Below are positions 11,601 to 24,379 of a stretch of DNA of 63,845 bases, piece by piece. The translations under genes were made by a program, and so were the position numbers. The DNA comes from Malacoraja senta (lineage: Eukaryota): assembly GCA_038087875.1 (NCBI GenBank), contig JAXLNO010004152.1, forward strand, positions 868,156-932,000, given 5' to 3'. Each line of letters opens with the position of its first letter. Within the stretch, counting starts at the first letter, position 1. Under the pieces are notes generated by a model. It saw only the letters and a program-made list of their open reading frames with translations, had not been told where the DNA came from and did not search any database.

Positions 11601-14560
11601 GTGGTAATAACGGCAGGGGTAGAGGAAATAGAGCAGGGTATCAGTGGGGAAACGGAAAATCAAATTGTGACAGGAGGATCCAGAATGTGTGAAGATAAAG
11701 CTCTAGATGTAAAAGAGGCAAAAACAGAAAGGAAGGGTAGTAAAAATCATCTGAAAGTGCTGTATCTAAATGCACGGAGTATTCGAAATAAGATAAATGA
11801 ATTAACGGTGCAATTAAGTATATATAGTTATGATATCGTGGCCATTACGGAGACATGGCTGCAAGGGGATCAGGACTGGGAGTTAAATATAGAGGGGTAC
11901 TCGACAATTAGAAAAAATAGACAGGAAAGAAAGGGAGGAGGGGTGGCCCTTTTAATAAGGGAGGAAATAACGGCAATAGAGAGGAAGGATATTGCGTTGA
12001 AGGATCAGGATAGTGAAACAGCTTGGGTACAGATAGAGAATAACAAGGGGAAAAAAACACTAGTGGGTGTAATTTATAGACCTCCAAATAGCTGTGACGC
12101 TGTTAGTCAGAACATAAATCTGCAAATAGTTGACGCATGTAAAAAGGGAACTGCTGTAATCATGGGGGACTTCAATTTTCATATTAATTGGGCAAACCAA
12201 ACTGGGCAGGGTAAACTAGAGGAAGAGTTTATAGAATGTATTAGAGACGGGTTCCTAGAACAGTATGTCACAGAACCGACAAGGGGGGAGGCAATCTTGG
12301 ATCTGGTCCTGTGTAATGAAGCAGGATTAATTAAAAATGTCATAGTTAGGGACTCGTTGGGAACAAGTGACCACAATATGGTCGAATTCCATATTCAAAT
12401 AGAAGGGGAGCAGGTTGAAACTCAGGCTAGGGTACTTAGTCTAAATAAGGGGGATTATGAAGGTATGAGGACTGAGCTGATCAAAGTTGACTGGGATAGC
12501 AGACTCAAGAATAAGACGGTACATGAGCAGTGGTGTACGTTTAAGGATCTACTGTATAACCTTCAAGAAAAATTTATTCCTATGAAGAAAAAAAGGGGTA
12601 AGGGTAAGAACAGTTAGCCATGGCTCAGTAAAACTATAAAGGATAGTATTCGGCTGAAGGCAAGGGCATATAAGGTAGCCAGAGATAGTGGGAGGGTAGA
12701 GGATTGGGAAGCATTTAAAGGTCAGCAAAAAATAACTAAGAGATTAATTAAGATGGGGAAAATAGACTATGAAAGGAATTTAGCGAACAACATAAAAACT
12801 AATAGTAAGAGTTTTTATAGCTATATAAAAAGAAAAAGGGTGGCTAAGGTGAACGTTGGTCCATTGGAGGGTGAGACTGGAGAGTTGTTGGTGGGGAACA
12901 TGGAAATGGCAAAGGCATTAAACGAGTATTTTGTATCAGTCTTCACCATAGAAGACACAAAAAATATTCCAACGCTGGATAAACAGGGGGCGGTAGGAAT
13001 GGAGGAGCTAAATACTATTAAGATCACCAAGGAGGTGGTATTAGGGAAATTAATGAGACTGAAGGAGGATAAATCCCCTGGGCCTGATGGATTACATCCA
13101 AGGGTCTTGAGGGAGATAGCGGTGGGGATTGTGGATGCATTGGTGATAATTTTCCAAAACTCCCTGGAGGCAGGAACGGTCCCAGTGGATTGGAAATGGC
13201 CAATGTAACACCTATATTTAAAAAAGGAAGTAAACAGAAGGCGGGTAACTATAGACCGGTTAGTCTAACATCGGTGGTGGGTAAAATGTTAGAGACAATT
13301 ATTAAAGAAACACTAACGGGGCACTTGGATGGACATGACTTCATCGGACAGAACCAGCATGGTTTTGTGAAGGGGAAGTCCTGTTTAACGAATCTGCTCG
13401 AATTCTTTGAGGAAGTAACAACCCGGGTGGATAAAGGGGAACCGGTGGATGTGGTATACTTGGACTTCCAAAAGGCTTTTGACAAGGTGCCACATAAGAG
13501 ACTATTGCTAAAAATAAAAAATTATGGGATTGGGGGTAATATATTAGCATGGGTAGAGGATTGGCTAACAAATAGGAAGCAGAGAGTGGGGATAAATGGT
13601 TCATATTCGGGATGGCAACCGGTAACTAGCGGGGTTCCGCAAGGGTCGGTGCTGGGACCCCAGTTGTTCACAATTTATATAAATGATTTGGAGGAGGGAA
13701 CCAAGTGTAATATATCAAAATTTGCGGACGATACAAAAATGGGAAGAAAAGTAGGGGGTGAGGAGGATAGGAAGAGTCTGCAAAAGGATATAGATAAGCT
13801 AGGTGAGTGGGCAACAACTTGGCAGATGAAATTTAATACTAATAAATGTGAAGTCATTCACTTTGGGAAAAAAAATGATAGGGCAAGTTATTTTCTAAAT
13901 GAGGAGGAGCTGCGCTGTAATGCAACGCAAAGGGATCTAGGGGTAGTAGTACATGAATCACTAAAAGTTAGTATGCAGGTGCAGCAAGCTATCAGGAAGG
14001 CCAATGGAGTTTTGGCCTTTATTGCTAGGGGGATTGAGTATAAAAACACGGAGGTCTTGCTGCAGCTGTACACAGTATTAGTGAGACCACATTTGGAATA
14101 CTGTGTACAGTTCTGGGGTCCATACATAAGAAAGGATGTACTGGCCCTGGAGGCAGTGCAGCGAAGGTTTACAAGATTAATTCCTGCAATGAGGGGATTG
14201 ACATATGAGGAAAGGTTAAGTAGGCTGGAACTCTACTCTTTGGAGTTTAGAAGAATGAGAGGCGATCTCATTGAAACATATAAGATCGTGAGGGGCCTTG
14301 ATCGGGTGGATGCACCAAGGATGTTCCCAATGATCGGGGAAACTAGAACTAGGGGACATAGTTGCAGAATAAGGGGGGGCTCTTTTAAAACTGAGATGAG
14401 GAAGAACTTCTTCACCCAGAGGGTGGTTAATTTATGGAATTCACTGCCCCAGGGAGCAGTGGAAGCAGAAACATTAAATATATTTAAGTCTAAAATAGAT
14501 GTTTTTTTAGCTGCCAAGGGGATAAGGGGCTACGGGGAGAGGGCAGGGATATGGACCTAG
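11601..14560 (+). pseudogene. CR1 ORF2 (APE endonuclease + reverse transcriptase), one stop and one frameshift
   Basis: LNARSI, ITETWL, GDFN and SDH endonuclease motifs; [17 protein letters not shown] and FADDTK RT motifs; TAG at 12615-12617; frameshift at ~13195. Confidence 0.95.
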
Positions 14561-15104
14561 GTAGGGTTAGTATAGTAAGACCTGAGTGATCTCCTGGACA
14601 AGTGTCGATCGCCTGGATTGGGGTCGGAGAGGAATTTCCCGGATTTTTTTCCCGAATTGGACCTGGGTTTTTATCCGGTTTTTTGCCTCCCCCAGGAGAT
14701 CACGCGGTTCTTGGGGTGGAGAGGGGTGATAGCGGTATAAAGAGGAGGGTAGTGTCTTGTGTTCTGTGTCTTGTGTCTACTGTTTGTGGGTAGGGGTGTT
14801 TGTTTGGTGTTCAGCCATGAGCGAGTGGCGGTGCGGGCTCGATGGACCTGGTGGTCTGCTCTCGCACCTACTTTCTATGATTCTATGATTCTATGATTAG
14901 GCTATCGGCTTGATGCATATTTGCCCCCGCCCCACCCCCCGTCTCGAAATGGAAATGTTACATCTGTATATAATGAAACCATTAAATGTATATTTATGTC
15001 ACAAACTATGGAATTCATATTTTTCAGTATTGTTAAGGAAAAGATGCAGTTCCAATTGTTTGATATTATTTGATATTGTTTAATATTATTCATATAGAGG
15101 AGAA

Positions 15105-18024
15105 TCTATAATAGCTCTAAAACCTACTATAATTTTGCAATCTCACTAAAGATAACCCCCCTTTCCCTCTCCCCTCCACCTCTCTCTCCCTCCCCCATGT
15201 CTCTCCTCCCTCCTTCCCCTCTCTCTCTCTCCCACCCTATCTCACATTCCCCCTCTTTCACCTCCCTCCCTCCCACGCAGTGTTGGGTGAGGGGAGGCGA
15301 GATGGGAGGTCCCGCGGGGGGGGGGGGGGTGGTCGGCGAGAGTCCGCGGCGGCTGGAGGGTGGAGAGCTGAGGGTCCGCGGCGAGGGGAGCGTGAGGCGA
15401 GGGTCCGGAGCGGGGGTGGAAGAAAGGCGTGGGCCCGGCGGGAGTGGGGGTTGGCCTGGGCGGAAGATGACGTGGGCCCAGAGGGGGTGGGGTTGGGGGG
15501 GGGAGGATGGTGTCGTGGGCCCGACCGCGGGAGAGGCGAAGGCCTGGCCGGAGCGGAGCGGCGTCTGGTGTCGAGGTTACGGCCGCTGCCAGCCGTTCCC
15601 GCTCCCTCCGGGTGACGGGAGAACGGACTCCTGTTAGACCCCTCGCGGGTAGTTTGCTACCCAGGATAAAAACCAGACTCCCCCTCCCGCAACGCAATAT
15701 TCCACTACTTACCAGAGTAGACAAGAGGCATCCAGACGATCTCTGTGCATCCGTGGGTGGGCGGCGCGACTCACGTCGCAGCGGCCTCTGCAGTCCGTCT
15801 GTCTTTAAAAAAATTTTTTGTTTCGTTTGAGTTTTGTTTATAGTGTTTGGGGCCTAGCACAGTGGAGCGGCCTCCAACCGGAACGACCTGGGGCTCCAGT
15901 CGCGGAGCCTGCGGACTTACTCATCATCGCGGAGCTGGCCGAGTTCGGAACGGGAGGAGCTGTGGTGGCGCGCGGCTGCGGCCCGACCTCGGAGATTCGG
16001 AGGCTCCAGCCGCCGCCCGGTGGACGGTGACATCGGGATCTCGCGGGTCCCTGGTGGGAGACCGCTTTTCGGGGCTCCCGTAACGGCGATTTCTCCCGCC
16101 CGAGTTGCGGGGTTGAAGATGACCTGGAGCGGGGTCTTACATCGCCCGGCGCGGCTTTAAATGGCCGTGGGACTTGCTAGCGCCCGCCGGGGGCTCCAAC
16201 ATCAAGACCCGGCCTTGCATCGCCCGGCCCGGCCTTAATGGCCGCGGGACATATTTACCATCGCCCGCCGGGGGCTTTGACTCTGACATCGGGAGGAGAA
16301 TGGGGAGTGCAGGAGAGAGATAAGACGTTGCCTTCCATCACAGCGAGGAGGAGATTCACTGTGATGGATGTTTGTGTAAATTGTGTTGTGTCTTGGTTCT
16401 TTTTACTTGTTTGTATGACTGCAGAAACCAAATTTCGTTTGAACTTCATTTGAGGTTCAAATGACAATAAACGGTGTTGTATTGTATTGTATTGATCGCT
16501 GACTGTGTGGACTGCAAAATGCGACCTGATCCCGCTTGGGCCCACTGCGCACGCGCGGAGAGACAGCGTAATTTTGCAACGCTACTGTGTCACCGGCTTC
16601 GCCCAACTGCGCAGGCGCGGATGGTCTCTTTCTTTTTTCCCCTCAAATCATCCAGCGGGCGGGAACCAGAATTTCGGGTGAACGCTGAATGCGCTGCTTT
16701 TTATTTTCCTCGAGATTTTTTCTTACTGTGGGGAAAAAAGGGGGAGTGCGAGCGCACCCAACGCACCCCCCCTTCGGACGGCCATGTGATGGTAAAGCCG
16801 CCGGCGGGCGATGGTAAGTCCCGCGGCCGATTAATCCGCACCGGGCGATGTAAGGCCCTGCGAAATAGGCCGATTCAAACCCTGTGATTCGGGGCGGGCG
16901 AAGTTGCCGTTGCGGGAGCTCCCGAAAATCGAGCTCCCGATTTTACCGTTCAAAGGGCCTGCGGCCGAAGCCTCCGAAGCCTCGTGGGAGAGTGAGCCGA
17001 GCGCTGGCGGGACCGGGCGCTGGCGTGGCCGGCGCTGGCGGGGCTGGGCGCTGGCGGGGCCGGGGCCGGGCGCTGGCAGGGCTCACCACCCCGGCCCACA
17101 CACTCCCCTCGCACACCCCCCACCCAGCAGCAGGCCACGGCAGCGGCAGGCCACGGCAGCGTTAGGCCACGGCTGCTGTCCTCCCCACACCGGCCCCTGC
17201 CTGAAGCCGTTCCCCTTCCTCGGCTACAGAACGCTCCCTCCGGCCCCCACCTGAAGCTTCCCCGTCCCCAAATGCAGGACTAGCCCATGAATCCATTCGA
17301 CGCACAATGTCCATACTAGCCCTCGGGATACCAATCTCTTCGGCCCACAACATACATGCTAGCCCTTCAGAAAGTCCCCCCACTGGCCACCGCCTGAAAC
17401 CGTCCCTCTCCCCCTGCTGCAGGCCGCTCCCTCCATCCCCACCGGCCCCCCGACAGGCCCGCCTGAACCGTACCCCTCCCCAGGTTGCAGGACGCTCCCC
17501 CACCGGCGCCCCCCCCCCGTCTAAAGCCGACCCATCCCCAGCTGCAGAACGCAACAATAGACGCAACAAGAAAGAATGGACTGAATAAATTCCTCTTTAA
17601 CGTTTAAATTGTTGTTGTATTTTAAGTTATTCACATTTTAAGCTTTAATAAATCCCTTTTCCACTTGCCGTGCCCCTCAGCTGCACCTGCGCAGTGAGAC
17701 CTGCGTGTTCTACTTCACAATGGGAATCCAATGGGAGGGAATGGCTGCGCCGCCGAAGAAACGCTAAGTGGATGGGGGGGGGGTTGAGAGGGGGATGCAG
17801 TGAGTGCGTGGGGGGGAAGGGCAACGGGCGGAGTGGGAGGGGGGGGGGTGCGGGGTGGAGGGGGGATTGGGGGCGTCACAATTGGAACCCGTCAGTCGCG
17901 CCTGCGCAGTTGGGGGCTATGCGTGAGTGGTGGAAGATTGGAACTGGTGGAGAGGTGGAATATTGCGTATGGGGACCAGGACTCGCTTGTGAGAATGGGA
18001 CTCAACGGGTCTCAGTTACTCTAG
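15105..18024 (+). mobile_element. Putative composite non-autonomous Helitron-like element
   Basis: A|TCTATAATA.. at 15105; 3' hairpin GGGACTC-AAC-GGGTCTC then CTAG|T at 18021-18025; the subterminal GAGTGGTGGAA..TATTGCGT is shared with 49800-49856. Pairing of the two ends is uncertain. Confidence 0.5.
15745..16495 (+). mobile_element. GC-rich non-autonomous retroposon with (ATTGT)n tail
   Basis: Same family blocks as 5467-6250 and 41980-42485; AATAAA followed by a TTGTA-repeat tail. Confidence 0.65.
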
Positions 18025-18627
18025 TTATTCCTAATCCCCGGACACCAAAAAACAAATAAGGAGTCATTGTTAATTGTTCCAGTTAATTCAACTAGGGGGA
18101 GACTCTTTCCTGGTATCCAGGATTGGGGAGGCGCGTATATATTGCAGTGCAATACATTCGCTTATTGGCTGATTTCGACAAGATACCGTAAATACTGGCC
18201 TTTTGAATCCTACACTCGTTGCAGAACACAATGGATTTGATTAACCAATTGACTGTACGGATTGCTACACAATTGCCAACAATATATGATGGCCATCTTT
18301 TGCCCTTATTCTTCCTCCTTAATTAAATTTAGAAATTGAGGGAGTTCCATAAACACACCGTATGCAGTACAGTGCATGACTGCTCCCAGTTTGCACAGAG
18401 TCTGTCTTCCCAGTAATGGAAGTGGGAAGTTCTAGAGATTATAAAAATATCTGTAAGGGGCTGGACATCCTCCCTGTTGGGCGCTCCGTTTTCTCTAGCA
18501 GTGGGGAATAAACCTGTGGATAAAAGAGTTTCCGTCTTCAGAATCTTGATAAAGGAAGGTGTTTAAGCTGAAGGGCAAAATATACATGCTCGTATTTTGA
18601 GGGCAGCACAACTGTCTTTAATATACT

Positions 18628-18736
18628 GAAGAAGTCTGAAGAAGTCTGAAAAAGGGTCTCGACCCGAAACGTCACCTATTCCTTCCCTCCATAGACGCTG
18701 CCTCAACCGCTGAGTTCCTACAGCATTTTTGTCTAC
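18628..18736 (+). mobile_element. Penelope-derived mini-element with hammerhead-like core, 12-bp TSD
   Basis: CTTTAATATACT at 18616-18627 and 18737-18748; CTGAAAA-A-GGGT-CTCG-ACCC-GAAACGTC core (one core mismatch). Confidence 0.8.
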
Positions 18737-18864
18737 CTTTAATATACTTATAGATCGTCTTTCGGTTTAGTTCTATCTTGTCTCCCAATGAGGACTCGGT
18801 ATCCCTCTGTGTCATTCTTATTTCCTTTTAAGTGCCCCTCTGCACTTGCGATGCATTTGGCAGG

Positions 18865-19795
18865 CATTTGCAGATGACACAAAGCTGGGTGGCAGTGTGA
18901 ACTGTGAGGAGAATGCTATGAGAATGCCGGGTGACTTGGAGATGTTGGGGGAGTGGGCAGATGCATGGCAGATGAAGTTTAATGCGGATAAATGTGAGGT
19001 TATCCACTTTGGTAGCAAAAACAGGAAGGCAGATTACTAAACATAAATTGCATCAAGTTGGGAAAAGGGGAAGTACAACGGATCTGGAGGGTCATTGTAC
19101 ATCAGTCTATGAAAGTAAGCATGCAGGTACAGCAGGCAGTGAAGAAATCGAATGGCATGTTGGCCTTTATAACAAGAGGAATCGAATATAGGAGCAAAGA
19201 GGTCCTTCTGCAGTTGTACAGAGCCCTAGTGAGACCACACCTGGAGTATTGTGTGCAGTTTTGGTCCCCTAATTTGAGGAAGGACATTCTTGCTATTGAG
19301 GGGGTGCAGCGTAGGTTTACAAGGTTAATTCCCGGGATGGCGGGCCTGTCATATGCTGAGAGAAAGGAACAGCTGGGCTTGTACACTTTGGATGAGAGGG
19401 CATCTCATTGAAACATATAAGATTGTTAAGGGCTTGGACACGTTAGAGGCAGGAAACATGGTCCCGATGTTGGGGGAGTCCAGAACCAGGGGCCACCGTT
19501 TAAGAATAAGGAGTAAGCCATTTAGAACGGAGACGAGGAAACACTTTTTCTCACAGAGAGTGGTGAGTCTGTGGAATTCTCTGCATCAGAGGGTGGTGGA
19601 GGCAGGTTTTCTGGCTGCTTTCAAGAGAGAGCTAGATAGGGCTCTTAAAAATAGCGGAGTCAGGGGAGATGGGGAGAAGGCAGGAACGGGGTACTGATTG
19701 GGGATGATCAGCCATGATCACATTGAATGGCGGTGCAGGCTCGAAGGGCCAAATGGCCTACTCTTGCACCTATTGTCTATTGTCTATTGTCTATT
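18865..19795 (+). mobile_element. 5'-truncated CR1 LINE
   Basis: FADDTKLGG through RPHLEYCVQFW to the C-terminus; (CTATTGT)n tail. Confidence 0.92.
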
Positions 19796-19992
19796 CCTTG
19801 TCATTCCGATAGATACCATGCGCTATATTTTTCCACCGGCAAAATCCCACGACACTCAGCTTCCACATTCAAGCTACTGCGGAATGTTACATTGACAGAC
19901 ACATATTGGCGTTGCTATCACCATCTTGAATGCTTCCGCTTCACTTATCTAGATTTATTTACTGTATTTTCATACTGTAGAACATGTACCCG

Positions 19993-20092
19993 CTTTGCTT
20001 GCTTGCTTGCTTGCATACGCGCTAGTGCGTGTGCTTGCGTGTGTGCTTGCGTATGTGCTTACGCGCATGCTTGCTTGCGTGCTTGCTTGCGA
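19993..20092. repeat. Compound microsatellite (GCTT/GCGT)n
   Basis: Read directly. Confidence 0.85.
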
Positions 20093-20959
20093 ATGGGCGT
20101 GAGATGGAGAAAGGACCGTTGGGGGAACAGACAGTACGCTGGGAAGTAACTGGTATTGAATATTTACAGAGCATGTCATAAGATGGGGAATGGAAATGCT
20201 GTGCTCGGTCAAGATGTGATGTCACTGACGTTGGAATGCAGGATGTTGGCCATACCATGTTAAATGGTAGAATCTGTTGTAATGATGTTGAAGGGAAAGA
20301 TAAATACAGATGAAAGGGCGGAGCACCTCCCGTATTCAAAGACGCGAATGACAGGAGTCAACGGGAAGAGATGGCGAAATGCAGGATAATTAGTTCGAAC
20401 AATCCATTCCAACGTGTGTAAGTGTTGTTATAGCGACGGCGGGCCAATGATCTCTTTCTTTAGTTTCTCACAACCAGATTACTAACCAAAATCCTGATGT
20501 TCCATCCCACCCGAGAGCTGATATGATAATTAGTCTGAACACGTCACCGTGTTCTATTAGATAATGCTCAGCGGCAGGGCTGATCGCTTGCCTCTCTGTT
20601 GAAAGAACACATTCCGATAATATTTAGACGAAAGTAATAATTCCAGACAGGCGTTCTTTTGCAAAGATTGTTAATGTAGTATAATTTTCCAATTACTTAC
20701 GTCACCTCAATAGGATCTTCATATGCAGCAGGTTCCTCATTTATACTCATCTCGGTGACATCATGGGATTAATACCTATCGGGATTCATGGATTTGAACG
20801 TACGCAGGACATTGGATGGAAGTTAGCTTTTAACCATTGTGTGACGTGACGCGATAATACTCCAATGAGCCATATCTATTAATTATCTGTGCGTCGGGTG
20901 AATGAACCATCTGACAGAACAGCTTCAAACCTAAGCATTCGTCAGTGCTCACATGAGTG

Positions 20960-21259
20960 ATAGTAAGATTAAACGAGAACTTACCAGTTTGAAGTTTGAT
21001 CTTTATTTTATGAGGAGTTACGATGAGGGATTACGTGAAGAGCCCGTCAGCACGCATGCGCATCAACCTTCAAGGCAGCGGTGTGGAGTCACAGACAGGA
21101 ACCGATTGACCTGAGAATAGTAAGATTCAAGACACTAGAAATACCAGTTAGCTTTATGAGGAAGGGTTTGGGACTGGAGGGCACGTAATCCCTCATCGTA
21201 ACTCCTCATAAAATAAAGATCAAACTTCAAACTGGTAAGTTCTCGTTTAATCTTACTAT
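20960..21259. repeat. Perfect 78-bp inverted repeat (20960-21037 / 21182-21259): DIRS terminal repeat and internal complementary region
   Basis: ATAGTAAGATTAAACGAGAACTTACC...GGGATTACGTG and its exact reverse complement, with a 144-bp spacer. Confidence 0.93.
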
Positions 21260-21457
21260 TTTACCTCGGAGTCACGTGAGTGACTACGTGAAGATTTTAA
21301 AACTCTGTGACTCCATGCCGTGGAACGAATCCATGCGTCACATACTGTATAGTTGACAAACGAAGAATGGAAACTGTTCAGTCATGGTATTCGAACAGTA
21401 ACAATTTAATGGGAAACAAAACAATACAACCACAGTCACCTCTCTACCCGAGAGGGA

Positions 21458-22400
21458 CTATGCAATAGAACTTAAAACTGAGTTAGCAAACACGCTCGTT
21501 CTCGCTAAAGGTTTGTTATAAAACATCTGGAACGTGCGTGCTGAAGACAACCCTGCGGCCGACAGAATCTGGTCCAGAGGAACGTCCATGCTTCTTGCTG
21601 CGGACGTAGCTGCAGCCCTCGTGGAATGAGATTTGAACATTTTAGTATCGACACCTGAATGGGCTAGAACTAGTTTAAGCCACCTGGAAATGGTCTGGGT
21701 AGAGACACTCTTGTGTGGCTTCTTATGGCTGATTAGTAGTGCTAGCTCCGAACCTCTAAGCCCTTTGGTAACTTTCATATATTGCCTGAGGTAACGAACT
21801 ACACACAACCCGGGATCCACAGGATATGCTATGAACTGTAATTTAAGTCCCGAGGACCCTGGTCTACTTTGTTTAATGTTATCGTAAATGAAAAAGGTGA
21901 ACCCACTGTCCGAAGTGAGCATACTATCCAACCGTAACGTTTGAAAACATTGGACCATCTGAGCGACACTAAAGCCATCAGCATGACCACCTTGTGCGTC
22001 AGCCGGAGTAGAGACAGGTAAGATGGTGGAGCCCATGAACGTAGTGACTTTAGAACCACCCCTACATCCCAAATTTCTGTGTATCTGAGCTTGGGAGGGT
22101 TAGAATTGAAAACTCCCTTCATGAACTTAGAAACTACTGGATGCGAGTCCACAGCCAGTTGTTGTGAACCTGAATGTAAATATGACGTAAGCGCACTCCT
22201 GGCACTATTTATTGCACTATAACTTAATCTCTCATCATGGTATAAATGTGAGAGAAACTCCAGAACATGTGTGATATGCACTTCGCCATACAATATATCG
22301 TACTGTGCACAGAGCTATCCCCATTTCCTGATATACAATGCATATTGTTTCTGTGTACTGCTTCTCCATGCCGCAATTAAAACATCCACCGTACGCTCAG
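21458..22400 (-). pseudogene. DIRS1 tyrosine recombinase (frameshifted)
   Basis: SYSAINSARSAL SAM-like region; IKQSRP, CVVRYL, HSTRAAATS and TFQMFY motifs; frameshift at ~21960. Confidence 0.9.
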
Positions 22401-22427
22401 CTAGTCCCAGTCCAAGGAAAGGTCTTC

Positions 22428-22784
22428 TCAAAACCTGCAAATTAACAAATTGAGTCGATCATGCAGATGATGCACTTCACCCGAACTGGGGTTAGTCAAC
22501 AACGACTTGTGTTTGGGTATCCTCCAAACTGGTTGTACCACCATGCCGAGAACAAGCGGGTACCATGGCTGAGTGGGCCAGTCAGGGACTACCAGAATGC
22601 CAGAGGCAGAGTCCTGCTGAATATTTTGCAGACAGCGAGTGACAAGGCAGAATGGGGGGAATGCGTATATAAACATTCCTCCCCAATGTAGCGAGAACGC
22701 GTCTACAGCTACAGTCCCTGGGTCTGGTTCCCACGAAACATAGTTAGGTAACTGATGGTTTAACCTTGAAGCGAACAAATCCAT
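22428..22784 (-). pseudogene. DIRS1 DNA adenine methyltransferase-like domain
   Basis: DLFASRLN..DAFSLHW..YAFPPF..LVVPDWPTQPWY, the typical DIRS1 MT-like domain after RNase H. Confidence 0.85.
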
Positions 22785-22796
22785 ATCCGGTGTTCC

Positions 22797-24300
22797 CTAC
22801 CTAGAAATAATGTCCTTAAATACTCTATGATTCAACATCCATTCTGTGTTGTCATTGAATTTACGTGACCTGGTGTCCGCCACTGTGTTGAATCTACATG
22901 GTAGGTAGATTGCTGAAACCCAAATATTCCGAATAATGCACCAGTGCCAAATGAGGTTAGCCAATTTATCACAGGATACTGACTTGATACCACTCATGTG
23001 ATTTATGTAAGCTACAGCAGTAGTATTATCTATCTGTAACTGAACATGCAGCTGCTGCATGTGTGCACAATAAGCTTTCAGACCATATAAGGCTGCAAGC
23101 AACTCCAAATAGTTAACCCCATGCACCTGTAGAAAAGATAGTTCATGCACAGTCCATCTGCCACCACAGCTAAAAAGGGTGTCTGTGGCTCCCCAACCAA
23201 AATCACTTGCATCAGTCTGTAATACCATTGAATGGTTTTCAATTGAAATATTACCAGAACAATGGGCAAGATTGAATATCCACCACTGTAGCTCATCAAT
23301 TGCCTCAACCGATAATTGCATGGCCCTGTCAAAATGGCCCAAATTGTTTTTAAGTGCTTGCACCTTGGATCTTTGCAATTGCTGATAATGAAGAGGCCCA
23401 AATTTTGCTGCTGGAAATGCAGCAACCAATTTCCCAATTAGACTTGCCACTTGTCGAATTGAAGGCAGCTGATGTGCAATCATATTGTTGCATGACTCTA
23501 TTAACTTCAACCTCTTGCCCTCGGGCAAAGTTACAACCAGGTGATTGGAGTTAATAGTAAATCCCAAGTAATCCATGATAGTGGATGGAGTCAACCTGGA
23601 TTTTTCTGGATGAATTAGGAAACCCAACTTTTCAAAAACAAATTTAGTGGCTGAAACTGCCGAAATAGCTAATTCCATAGTTTTGCATATGATGAGGATG
23701 TCATCTGGGTAAGCCATCACTATGTGCCCCCTGTGCTCGTAAAAGAGCCAGTGCAGGTTTTAGTATTTTAGTGAACAGCCTAGGAGCTGAGGTCCACCCA
23801 TTAGGCAGGGCTTTAAACTGCCATAACTGCCCCATCCAGCTAAACTTCAGGTACTTCCTGTGTTCCTTGTGAATAGGGACCGAATAATAAGAATCCTTGA
23901 GATCAATACATGCCATATAACACCCCTTGGAAATTAAATGTTTAGCCGTAACAAAGCTTTCCATTTTGAAATGTTTGTACTGCACAAAAGTGTTTAATTG
24001 GGTTAAATCCAATATGATGCGGCACCCCCCATCCTTTTTTCTCTGGTGAAAATATTGGACACAAACTGGTGTGGCTCATGCCTGGTTTTCTCAATTACCC
24101 TTTTTTCACACAGAGTTTCAATTTCAGCCTGGACTTCCAAATCATTCTTTTTTGAATGCAAAAAGGTACAGCTTGGAACATGCTGCGTGGGTGGCAACGC
24201 GCCCGTAAATTCTATATTAAACCCTTCAACACTATGCAGTATGAACAAATCAGAAGTAATCCAACGCCACGCATGCAAAAAGAAACGTAACCTACCACCA
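22797..24300 (-). pseudogene. DIRS1 RT-RNase H (frameshifted)
   Basis: IDLKDSYYSVPI, LPNGWTSAPRLFTK, YPDD (degenerate YLDD), TDASDFGWG, NYLELLA and DNTTAVAYIN motifs. Confidence 0.92.
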
Positions 24301-24379
24301 ACATGTAAGAACTCTACCCTCGGTATGTTACAATGTGAACCAGACCCACCTACCTCAGTACTAGATGGATTCTTGCCAG

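Larger units (their letters stand above)
11000..14897 (+). mobile_element. Young, 5'-truncated CR1 LINE with 9-bp TSD (TAGGCTATC)
   Basis: TAGGCTATC at 10991-10999 and 14898-14906; ORF1, ORF2 and a (CTATGATT)n 3' tail. Confidence 0.95.

Noticed and set aside
21458-22784. Phage integrase plus methylase (prophage or horizontal transfer)
   Set aside because: These are standard DIRS1 domains directly linked to a DIRS RT-RNase H.
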